38,299 nt of DNA from Klebsormidium nitens (taxonomy: Eukaryota > Plantae > Klebsormidiophyceae): positions 1 to 38,299 of the forward strand of contig DF237692.1 in the NCBI GenBank assembly GCA_000708835.1, given 5' to 3'. Shown in pieces: positions 1-9,660 of the stretch. The position numbers and the translations under genes were made by a program. The notes beneath the pieces are model-generated. The model had not been told where the DNA came from. It saw only the letters and a list, made by a program, of their open reading frames with translations, and ran no database searches. Position 1 is the stretch's first letter; each line of letters opens with the position of its first letter.

Positions 1-88
1 CTGTTAAGACGTAACCGCTGTCGTTTCGCTAACAAGCAGCTAACGAAATCCTGACGAGAACGAGGTTAGACTTAACCAGACGTAATCG

Positions 89-3000
89 TTACAGCTGGAA
101 GTGAGTCAGGCACCAGCCGGTTGCCCCCACGCCCCCCTCCTTGAGAAAGCCTTGCATCCACGGCCGCCGCGGGACCGCCTTGCACACCGCGCACGCCGCT
201 GGATCCGCACACCCACCCGACTCGGTCACGAGGTCGACCAAGGCTCTCACGTTCGCTGGTAGCCCCTCGCGCATGGCGACGAACTCATCCGACTTTAGTG
301 GCGCATTGCTCCCTTGGGCCGGAGCCTTCCGAAAGTTGCACCATCTCAACGCGAGAGCTCGCACGGCCGGCCGCAGCTCCGACAGCCCGTTGCGGTGCTT
401 CCAAGGGTAGTCGATCCCCTCTAGCGGCACGTCGGAAGGGCGCACCCCGCCAATGCTCAGAGGAGTGAAGCCGCCAGCCACCCGAGGCGCCTCTGGGTCG
501 GGCTCGCACACGCTGTGCAACGAAGCCTCCGAGTCGTCGCGCATGGCACTCGAGTTGGCAAAGAACGTGCCATCGAACGTGATGACCTTCTCTCGACCAA
601 AGGCGTAGGTCGCGAGCTCGGAGGTGGGCCCCTCCGTCCGCTCAACTCTCAGAGGCGTCCCAACCATTCGAGCCTCCGCCTCGGCCGCCTCGACCTCGCT
701 CGTGTAGAGGTGCACGCAATCGGGGCGCGAGCACACGTGCTGGATCCGCGAGCGCGCCGCGAGGTCGTTGAAGGCTTGCATCGCCGAGTCAAAGACCCGA
801 TCGTCCAACCTAGGGCCGCTCGACCCCTCGAGGCACCTCGTGGCCATGTCCCCCGCCTCAAAGTTGAGGCTATGTGAAGCGCCGAGTGCCGCGGCAAAGT
901 GGTTGCGCAGCAGGAGGCCATGGGAGATGAGGGTCGTTCCGGAGAAGTTAAAGATGCCATCCTCCTGCAACCAAGGAGCAATCAAGAAGGTCAATCAATG
1001 TTGCATTCATTATGGTCTCCTTCATTTGAAGGCTATCATCAAGAGTCAAATATTGGCATGAAATCAAACGCGCAGTTTGGGTTGGTGTTGAGCATTCTTG
1101 GAGAGAACGGAAAGCTTGATCTCCAAGACTTGGCGGCTTCAGCATCTACGTGCAAAGATGCACATGCTTATGTTGGAAGAAGGGTGCACGAGTACCCACG
1201 ATCAACAAAGATGCCTCCGCCAGGCCCGCACTCGTGCACTAAAGTATACCCAATTCAAAGATGTGCGATATGCAATCGGAGTGATATCCGCTTTCAATGG
1301 CCTTTTCCACCTCATGTCAATGCAGTTGTCTGCCGTGATTGTATCACAATCAGATATGATCGATTGGATTGCCTGACCACAATGGATGCTCGGCGCAAGT
1401 ACAAAGTGCGTGATCTCACTTGCTTGCCATGGGTTCCGAGCCCTGAGCCACCATATCAAGCACGTTACTATCTCAAATGGGACGTGATTTCGAAAGCCCT
1501 TCAAGAAAATTACGGACCTCAAGGTTTGAGACAGAAAGGCCTTTGAAGCTAGGAGTAAAAGAGGGGTGGCGCGATTGCAGGGGAGAGAGAATCAGAAGTG
1601 TAGATGACTCTTCGATGATGATACTCACCTGGCCGTCGTAGGCCACCGAGCAGCATGCCGCCTCTCGTCCAGGAGCGATGCGGCAGACGCGCCGATAGGT
1701 GGTGACCTCAAAGCGTGCTCCAGCAGTTGTCAGCGACCCCTTTCGACTCTCGATCTTCCACGGCCGGCCGCATGGAGCCACAGGGTCGCGTGGCCTTGGA
1801 GCGCAAAAGTGCTGCGCTTCATCGCGGCGTCTCACGCCCTCCTCGCCCCAGCGCTCGCAGAGGCTTGCGACAATCGCCCCGCCTCGGCTCATGACCGTAT
1901 CGATCCTCTTGTGACTGTGGCCCATGTCAAGTGCCGCAGCAGAGAGGCACTCCCAAGGCTCGAGAGAAGCCTGGTGGGCGCACGCGACCTTGAAGTCCTG
2001 CCGGCGACACGCGGGATTGTTGCAAACCAGAATGTTCCTTGCCCTCGCTTCTCGTTGCGAAACCCTCTCCGCGCGCCTCTCGGTGAGGGTCGGCCGCTTC
2101 CCATCTTGGCCACCATTTGCGGCAGGCTCGCTCACGATTGCCTCTGCCTTTGCAAGTACCCTTGAAAGATGCGGGCACCGCTCCGGTCCCAAGCACTCGA
2201 CGTGGCTACAATGCGCGGTCTCTCCCGCCAACACGCACACCACGGGCTGCTCGCCCCTATCGCTCACGACAAACACACGGAGCTGCGCCCCCCCTTTCCA
2301 CGCCTCCGCATCCAGCCCAAAGAGAGCACCTCCCACGCACCCCCCTTGTTCGAGGGGCAAAATCCAAGGCAGGCCGTCGGTGACCTCGCGCGCAAACGGG
2401 CGGCTGTCGTCAAAGGCCGTGAATTCGGCCTCTCCGTTTTGCGCATGAGACGCGTTGCCCCCAAAAACCCCATGTCGTGGTCTCTGCACGCCCTCTGACC
2501 GCACAGGCACCGAAAGCTGCCCGTGTGATCGATCTTCACGAGCCGCGGCGCGTTCAAGACCCCCCTCTCCGTCACCAAAAGGTCCAAAAGGCGCCCGTTC
2601 GAGCCCCCAACAAGCGGGACCAAAAAGAGGCCGGGAGCAACCGCAATCGGAGGGATCCTGCTTCGGCCCAACTCGGAGAGGATTGCCTCCGCGCCAAGCT
2701 CAAGTGGGCTCGGCCTCACTTCGAGCGCTCTCTTCACTCCGCGCCTTGATGGAGCGACTGCCTTGGGCTCGCGGCAATACGGACAGGCGGCAAGGTCCCT
2801 CCTCTGCACAAAGAATTGGTGACCGCCCTCGCTTGCCTCCTCTCCTGGCCCTACCTGCCGAAGCTCTTTTGTCCGGGGGAACACTTCGTACTTGGCGAGA
2901 AGCTCTTCTTGGGAAACTGGGGAGCCACTCGCACTTGAAACGAAGGGGCGCCCCTCCTCGTACTGCGCCTCTACGCACCGCAAGCACAGAAGATGCCCGC

Positions 3001-3454
3001 CTCCGCCTCGGCAGATGATCGCCCCACCCCGGTTCCGTTTCCGCTCCCAGACGAACGGATCGCACCCTCGAGTGTAGACCGCTCCCTTTCCGCCGCACGT
3101 GCGCCCGATGCACGTCGAACCGAGCCCCCCTTGAGCAAAAGCCCCTGCAGGCCGCAGAGCGAAGGCCAGCCCGTAGTCGAAGAAGAAGTCAGCGCCCCCC
3201 TGCTTGGCCGCATAGGAGGGGCGGCCTCCTCGTATTCCCCCAGCATTTGGCAAGGGAGGCACGGCAGCTGGGACGCTCTTGACGTCGCTAAAGACAGGAG
3301 ACGGGCCCTCGAAATGGACTGCCGCGCAGCTCCTAACGGCTTGACCGGCCTTCAAAGTCTCGTGCAAGCTTGCAGCGGCCGCTGGGGTGGTCGAGGCGAT
3401 GAGCACGAAGCTGGAGGGTTCTTTCTCGTCACGACACGCCGTCTCGTGATTCAT
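89..3454 (-). mobile_element. KDZ (Kyakuja-Dileera-Zisupton)/HMGXB3-like transposase gene with SWIM-like and CxC-like Cys clusters; spliced, probably continuing beyond the left edge; frame break near 2440-2510
   Basis: ORFs 2264..3715, 1473..2510 and 89..994 are collinear on the minus strand. The exon ending at 1629 (CAG|gtgagt) splices in phase 0 to the exon starting at 964 (ttgcag|GAG). The join reads CCSVAYDGQ|EDGIFNFSGTTLISHGLLL, followed later by FDSAMQAFNDL..HVCSRPDC..VITFDGTF. This resembles recalled CxC4-type/KDZ motifs (YDG..GIFN..L.SH.LL; C..C..VI.DG). Upstream Zn-finger-like motifs are CLCGQRACRDH and CSHVECLGPERCPH. The start at 3454 is tentative because it follows a good acceptor (ctctctgctgtcag|gATG). 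Confidence 0.6.
1058..1546 (+). CDS. Intronless F-box-like plus XPA-like Zn-finger/DNA-binding-domain protein (162 aa from ATG 1058), nested antisense in the transposase intron
   Basis: The N-terminus FGLVLSILGENGKLDLQDLAASASTCKD is F-box-like. The C-terminus CAIC-x19-CRDC...LTTMDARRKYKVRDLTCLPWVPSPEPPYQARYYLKWDVISKALQENYGPQGL parallels the recalled XPA core (C4 finger then ITKTEAKQEYLLKD.DL..L....K.NP....MKLYLK..V...S.EVWGS.EAL). The ORF is open from 899, so the start could lie further upstream. Confidence 0.6.
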   Translation: MKSNAQFGLVLSILGENGKLDLQDLAASASTCKDAHAYVGRRVHEYPRSTKMPPPGPHSCTKVYPIQRCAICNRSDIRFQWPFPPHVNAVVCRDCITIRYDRLDCLTTMDARRKYKVRDLTCLPWVPSPEPPYQARYYLKWDVISKALQENYGPQGLRQKGL

Positions 3455-3576
3455 CCTGACAGCAGAGAGAAAGCTTTGAGATTGAGCCGGTTTTGATGGC
3501 CCTAAGTCTTTGCGGCACCCCTTCAAAGGGGCGACTCTGCTTTGAAACGAAACTCCTCCCTCCTCCCTCCTGACTG

Positions 3577-3987
3577 CTGACGTCATCAGAATTGGGCGCC
3601 CAGAAAGTTTGCCAAAAGCTCGGCCAACTTGGTGACAAGCGACGGCAGCTGACGTCATCAGAAGCGGGCGCCCAGAAAGTTTGCCAAAAGCTCGGACAAC
3701 TTGGACAAGCGACAACTGCTGACGTCATCAGAAGCGGGCACCCGGAAAGTCTATGAAAAGCTCGGACAACTTGGACAAGGGACGGCTTCTGACGTCATCA
3801 GACTTGGTCGCCCAAAAACTTTGCCAAAAGCTCGGACAACTTGGACAAGCGACAACTGCTGACGTCATCAGAAGCGGGCGCCCTAAGAGTCGATGAAATG
3901 CTCGGACACTTGGACAAGCAACGGCTGGTGACGTCATCAAAAACGGGCGCCCAAAAAGTCTTTCGAAAAGCTTGTACAGTTTGGACT
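3577..3987. repeat. Tandem array of ~70-bp units (6 copies), each starting with TGACGTCATCA
   Basis: Units start at 3577, 3649, 3719, 3789, 3859 and 3928. Approximate consensus ctgacgtcatcagaagcgggcgcccagaaagtttgccaaaagctcggacaacttggacaagcgacaactg. Confidence 0.95.
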
Positions 3988-4400
3988 TCGATTGTGCGCT
4001 AGATGGTCGGAAGTTGGGGCCGGCCATACCCCGCAGAATGGGAGGTGTACCAGAAAACGCCGAATAAAGTTCTTTAAAAAGAATACACCTTTTTCTGGTA
4101 CCAGGTTTGTATGGGCTAGCCGCCGACCGCACCCCACATGATCGGTTGCCGGCCATTTTGGACTTCGGTTGTGCGCTAGATGGTCGGGAGTTGGGGCCGG
4201 ACATACCCCGCAGAATGGGAGATGTACCAGAAAACGGCGAATAGCTTCTTAAGAAAGAATACACCTTGTTCTGGTACCAGGTTTGAATGGGCTAGCAACC
4301 CGGTACCCCACATGATCGGTTGCCGGCCATCCCCCGCAAAATGCAAGACGGTACCAGAAAACGCCGAATAGCTTCTTAAGAAAGAATACATCCTTTCTTG
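3982..4400. repeat. Satellite-like array, block 1 (177/127-bp periods)
   Basis: ttggacttcg.ttgtgcgctagatggtcgg... is repeated 177 bp apart. The core GTACCAGAAAA..TTCTTAAGAA..TT(C)TGGTAC starts at 4047, 4224 and 4351. Confidence 0.9.
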
Positions 4401-4579
4401 GTACGAGGTTTCTATGGGCTGTCAGCCAAGCCGCGCAAAATTTGAAAGCGGCCCAACCATCACCCGTAAGTTCTGAAAAGCGGCCGAATTCTTAAGGAGA
4501 AACACGCCCTTCTCTGGTGGGTCTGGTACGAGCCCACACCGTGCTTGATCGGCTCTCTGGCCATCCCCGGCAGAATTCC

Positions 4580-5057
4580 CGGCACTGGACTCCGCCTTCC
4601 GGAGTTGACCCTTAGACGGCTAGTACGAGTTGGAGACCGTGGGGAGACCGTCAGCCGTGACGTCATCTGTCTCTGATGACGTCATCAGAACTTGCTACGG
4701 TAGAAACTTTGAAAGATGCGAAATTCAAAGAGCTTTCCGAAGAAGTATCAAACACTAAGATCGGCCAGGAACTCCGCCTTTGGGAGCTTTCTGAGTTGAC
4801 CCTTCCCGAAAGCCTGGCACAACGGCCAGTACGAGTCGGAGACCGTCAGCCGTGACGTCATCTGTCTCTGATGACGTCATCAGAACTTGCTACGGTAGAA
4901 ACATTGACAGATGCGAAATTCAAAGAGCTTTCCGAAGAAGTATCAAATATTGAAATCGGCCAGGAACTCCGCCTCCAAGAGCTTTCTGAGTTGACCCTTC
5001 TCGGAAGCATGCCACAACTTGAGCGTAGTAGTGCGAATCGGAGACCGTCAGCTGTGT
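4580..5057. repeat. ~195-bp tandem duplication (about 2.5 units), each full unit with two TGACGTCA sites
   Basis: ggagaccgtcagccgtgacgtcatctgtctctgatgacgtcatcagaacttgctacggtagaaac occurs at ~4643 and ~4838, with a partial third start at 5041. Confidence 0.9.
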
Positions 5058-5069
5058 GAATGTTGCCAC

Positions 5070-6085
5070 ACCCTGCGGGATGTACCAGAAAAAGCCCTTT
5101 AGATTCTTAAAAAGTGATACGCCTTTTCTTGGTACACTCCAAATGTACGCGGGATGGCTGGACGTGCGCTTGATGGGCGACCCGACCATACCCCGCACAA
5201 TGGGTACGGTGTACCACAAAACGCCCAATTACTTCTTTAGAAAGAAATACAGCGTTTCCTGGTATACGCGCTGGTCGTATGCTGGATTGTCGGATTGCTG
5301 AATGGGGCAACTCGACCATATATACCTTGCAAGATGGGCGTACCACAAAAGGACCAATTACTTCTTTAGAAAGAAATACACCGTTTCTTGGTACGCGCTC
5401 AGGATCATGAAGTTTGATCGTCAGACTGTTGGAAGGGGCAACTCGGCCATACCCTGCAAGATGGGTGTACCACAGAAAGAGTGACTTAGATTCTTAAGAA
5501 GTGATACAGCGTTTCTTGGTACGCGCTCAGGATCGTGGGTAGTAGGATGATCAGGATGGGGCAACTCGACCATACCTTGCGCGCACGATGGGTGTACCAC
5601 AAAGGGGCCCATTAGATTCTTAAAAAGAAATACACCGTTTCCTGGTACACGCGGATCATGCTTTGGATGGTCAGACTGTTGGAAGGGGCGGCCGTCCAGC
5701 CAACCCTGCAAAACTCAGAGTGTACCACAAAACGCTGATAAGATGAAGAAGAGTTACTACATCGTTGATTGTACGCGCGGACTGTGTGTTGAATGGTCGA
5801 ATCACTAGAATGTGCTTGATAAGCAGGGCCGGCCAGACCTCGCCGCAGACTCTGCCAGGGCCCTGCCATATCCAGCCATACCCTGCAAGATTCAGAGTGT
5901 ACCACAAAGGACCACTTAGATTCTTAAGAAGTAAGACACCGTTTCTTGGTACACACGGATTAATTGTGTAAAGGGATGGTCGGATTGCTAGATGAGGCCG
6001 CCCAGCCATACCCTGCACAATGAGTGTACCACAAAACGCCCAATTACTTCTTTAGAAAGAAAGACAGCGTTTCTTGGTACGCACG
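5070..6085. repeat. Satellite-like array, block 2 (8 units, mostly 127-129 bp, one 177 bp)
   Basis: GTACCA(C/G)A cores start at 5083, 5211, 5340, 5467, 5594, 5722, 5899 and 6026. Most are followed by ttctt(t/a)a.aa and tttc(c/t)tggta(c). The 5722 unit is degenerate. Confidence 0.9.
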
Positions 6086-6121
6086 GACAAAGTGTTGGTT
6101 GGCCACATTGTGCGCTGCGGC

Positions 6122-6693
6122 CTCGGGGTGGCAACTCCAGTTTTAAAATGGATGGTGTTTTCTAATTGCCTTTCTCCTAAAATGACCCAAAACAAATCAG
6201 CTCGACGTTTTGTTTCATATCCTCGTATAGCCCTTGGTCTATAGTTTTCAAAACACCACTCGTTTTGAAATTTGGCCCCCCCCACAAAAAGTAAAACACT
6301 TTTAAAACATTTTAAAACGCCAAAATCTTAATACATGTATCTGCGGGTTAGGCGAACCTCAAAATTGCCCGTTTTATAAAACAAACAAAACAACAAAACG
6401 TTTTAAAACGCTTCAAATCCGGATTAAAACAAGACAAGTCGACAATTCGAGCCCCTAATATGATCCGTTTTCTCCTTGTAATATACGCAGAATCGCTTCT
6501 AAACTGCATACGGAATCCAGACAAGTCGATTGCCACTGAAAAAACAAGAACAAACATACAAATTGGACCTTTACCACCGTTTTAGAACAGTTTTTAACCG
6601 TTTTAAAAAGGCGTTTTACGTTTCCAAAACGACTAAACCTCTTGTTTTAATCCGCAGATGCCATGTTTTAAAATTGGGAGTTGCCACCCCGGG
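6122..6693. mobile_element. MITE-like non-autonomous DNA transposon (572 bp) with TIRs and 8-bp TSD
   Basis: The left end CTCGGGGTGGCAACTCCAGTTTTAAAA matches the reverse complement of the right end, CCCGGGGTGGCAACTCCCAATTTTAAAA. The direct repeat GCTGCGGC flanks it at 6114-6121 and 6694-6701. The interior is AT-rich with no credible ORF. Confidence 0.85.
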
Positions 6694-7652
6694 GCTGCGG
6701 CGAGCCATTTTCAGTAGCTTGAACCCCAAGCGATAAACCAAGAGGCCGCATTGCTCACCTCCTGCCAAAATGCACCTCCGCCAACCAGCCCGGCCGCTCT
6801 GACACGCTCGTGGCGCCACCAAATGGTCTGCTCCTTGTGCGAGCTCGCTGCGAACAGTGCCGCAGGCCACGAACTGGGTCCCGACGGTGCATAGCTTATG
6901 AGTTGCGAGGACGTACCGGGCACTTCCACTGCATTTCGGCCGAATCTCAGATCGACGGCGGCAGGAAAACCCCGGCCCATCGGACGGCTGAGAAAGTTAG
7001 GTGGAAATGTAACCTCGCGCCGGCCCGCTCGATAGGTTGGCGCGGTCACTCGCGCGGGCGGGGCGCCTCGGCAGCCGCGGGCGGCGGGTTTATCCGTAGG
7101 ACGTACGATTTTTTGTAAACCTGGCACACCGTCCAGCAGTGTCCGAAACTGCACAGTCAAAATGGCAGTGGCTTGAAGAGGGCAATCCCCGGCCCGAGTT
7201 GCTCATGAAATGCAGGCTTGGCCACTGCTTGCAGAAACTTGTCGTCTGCCCGGGGATTGCTATCGGGGCGAGAATGCATGAAAGCGTTGACATTCACGTC
7301 CCTAAATTCTTGAGGCACCAATCCACCCGCATTGGAGATTGGTGCTTCTCACAAGTTCAAAAGGCTTCGTTGGAGTGCTGATTACGGGACGCATGCCCCT
7401 TGGGCCTTGAGGCAGCACTTCTTGTCGCTATTTAGTTGCCTGTGTGGCCTGCAGACTTAATTTGAAAAGTGTGCGGCAGACGAATACGAGTTTGGCATCC
7501 TGCAAGAGGGCCGCCCTTAAATCAAGTGAACCTGGTTGGCTGGTGCTTGCAGAACTTGGAAAGGGCTCGCAAAAGTGAGGCGACGTCACGGTCTGTACTT
7601 GATTGATTGGACAGTCTAGCAAACAACAAGGGGTGGGCTAAGGGTTGAAGCA

Positions 7653-7776
7653 ATGAGCGCTGCGGCCGAAGCGGCTTTAGCGGAGCTGTGCAACAGAGTC
7701 GGAGGAGGGAAGAGGCATTTTGAGCAGATACTGCAGCACTTGAGAGAGACAGACTCCCGGACCGCGGGAGATCTTG
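7653..7776 (+). other. Possible first coding exon of an unidentified or decayed gene
   Basis: ATG MSAAAEAALAELCNRVGGGKRHFEQILQHLRETDSRTAGDL ends at a consensus donor G|gtaagt (7777). Downstream exons could not be linked convincingly. Confidence 0.25.
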
Positions 7777-9660
7777 GTAAGTCAGCTTGCAACCCTCACC
7801 ATTTTGAAGCTGTCAATTCTGTTGTATCCAGCCCAATGCTTTGATTGCACTCTGTGGAAGTTTTCTGGTCTGAACCTGCTCCACTCGCAAATTGAGACCT
7901 GTGCCGTCTGCCTTTGACCTCTTCTTGCAGCTCCACTTCATAAGGTTGAAGCGTTAATAATAAAAGGTTCTATTTAAGTTTTGCACCAGACTCTGCTTTT
8001 CATTCAGCGCAAGTACTGAACCCAGGTTATCCTTTAACGGCGTGATGCATGCTGGTGCCAAGTCATGCTTGATTCCGTTCTTAAAGCCGTGGTAGACATA
8101 CTTTCTGGCAGTGGCTTTCCCTGAGGTGTTGAGTTGCTTTTTATCTGCCTGATCATGTCTTCTTCACCGTGGCATATTTGTAGAGCATGGTGTAGGAGTT
8201 GAAACTTCTGCTTGGATGTTAAGTCTATACAATGTGCTGGTTTGCTTTCTTACACTAGCAGCTGTTCTTCGACCTAGCTGGTAGACTACCTGTGTCTGAA
8301 GGAGTAAGATTTCTACGGCACAGATCTGATGCGGGCCCTGAAATTCCAGAAGTATCTTCTGGTTGGCGGGTGCTTGAGCTTGGAGACATTGGAGTTTTGT
8401 ATCGGCCAGCATGCCCGAAGTAGAAAGCAAGTTCTATTGTTGTATCTTTCCATGCGATTTCATGCCCCCTTGAAACCCTAGTAGGCAATGCTGTCAGGTT
8501 CGTGTTTGAGAAAGAGCTGCAGAGTTTCGTCTACGCTCCTTCCATGCACTGTCTCCACAACATTGGTCAGGACTTTACTCTAACACACCATACCCTCACG
8601 AGTCATCACAGAGACCTTGTGATTGCCTTAGCCCGAGATACCTACCGTTGGATGCCAAGGCGTCCATTGGATTGGTTGTTGACACGACGTTCGGGGGTTG
8701 CATGTCGCATCCACAGCACAGGGTCTGTGAATGTGTCGAAGTTAGAAGGAGGGCAATGCTGCCACACTTTCTTTCTTGAAAGATACGGATATGGTTGGTA
8801 GATTCAGGTTACTGCAGTAGTCTATGCCGGTGTTTTGGGAGCTTTTTCCAAAGAATGATTAGGGTTTTGAGAACGTGTCGGAATTTGGCGGCCATCATTA
8901 CTAGCTGGCTTCTGATTGGGCATGAAGACCCGGAGTGCAAGACAATGCCCCTTTCCTAAACTCTTCTTTGGGTCAGGCCACCTTTATTTGGGAAATTTTG
9001 TTGGCACGGCGACCACTTCCTAGAACCTCATGCGTCAAAGGGCCTCAACTGCGGTTCCACTTGGAACTGCAGAGTCCCTCCATTTCATTTCTCTGGATTA
9101 ATTCTTCTCATGGAACGCACTGAAATTCTGAAAATTTCCTCATGTCATTGGTGCCAAAGGAGGGGTTCTAGGACTCGCAAGTTAGCCGTGCTTAGGGCTA
9201 ACTTTCAGGCTCGTTGTCAGTCCCTGACAACAGGACTTCAGGCTGGACTCCCGGTATCGCAGAGATGACCCTCACAGTCTTCTCGATTATCCCATCTTCT
9301 CTTGGCTCCTCAGACTGCTGGACTTGCTGCTCGTGTTACTGGGAGCCCTGTGCCGGTCTAGTTCTTGGTCAGAATCGTTTCCTTTGGTTCTGAAACTTTC
9401 CAACTTATTGTCACCCCCCCGCTTTACGACTCTGTCTCAGCATCACCCCGGATAGTATGCTATGATTTGTTTGTATTTTTCATGAATCCTCTTCGAAATT
9501 CAACTTCACCTCCCCGCCTCTCTCAGCATCAATCCCAAGTACTGGAACAAGCAATTCGTGACCCTGCCACCCTGTGGCCCTGTAACCTATGCTCACCGCA
9601 ATAGCTTATCCATCTCTCCACCTGCTTATCGGTGCAGAGCGTCAGCTGGGGATAGTCTTG

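Noticed and set aside
1473-1628. C-terminal tail VSIIIEESS... of the 345-aa ORF
   Set aside because: It is read-through past the gtgagt donor at 1628 into the intron.
3982-6085. CRISPR-like appearance (palindromic repeats with regular spacing)
   Set aside because: The intervening sequences are homologous to each other rather than unique spacers, the units are too long, the context is eukaryotic and no cas genes are present.
3455-6285. ORFs across the repeat arrays, including the first ~87 aa of the 483-aa ORF
   Set aside because: They are translations of tandem repeats with reiterated peptides and no domain signal.
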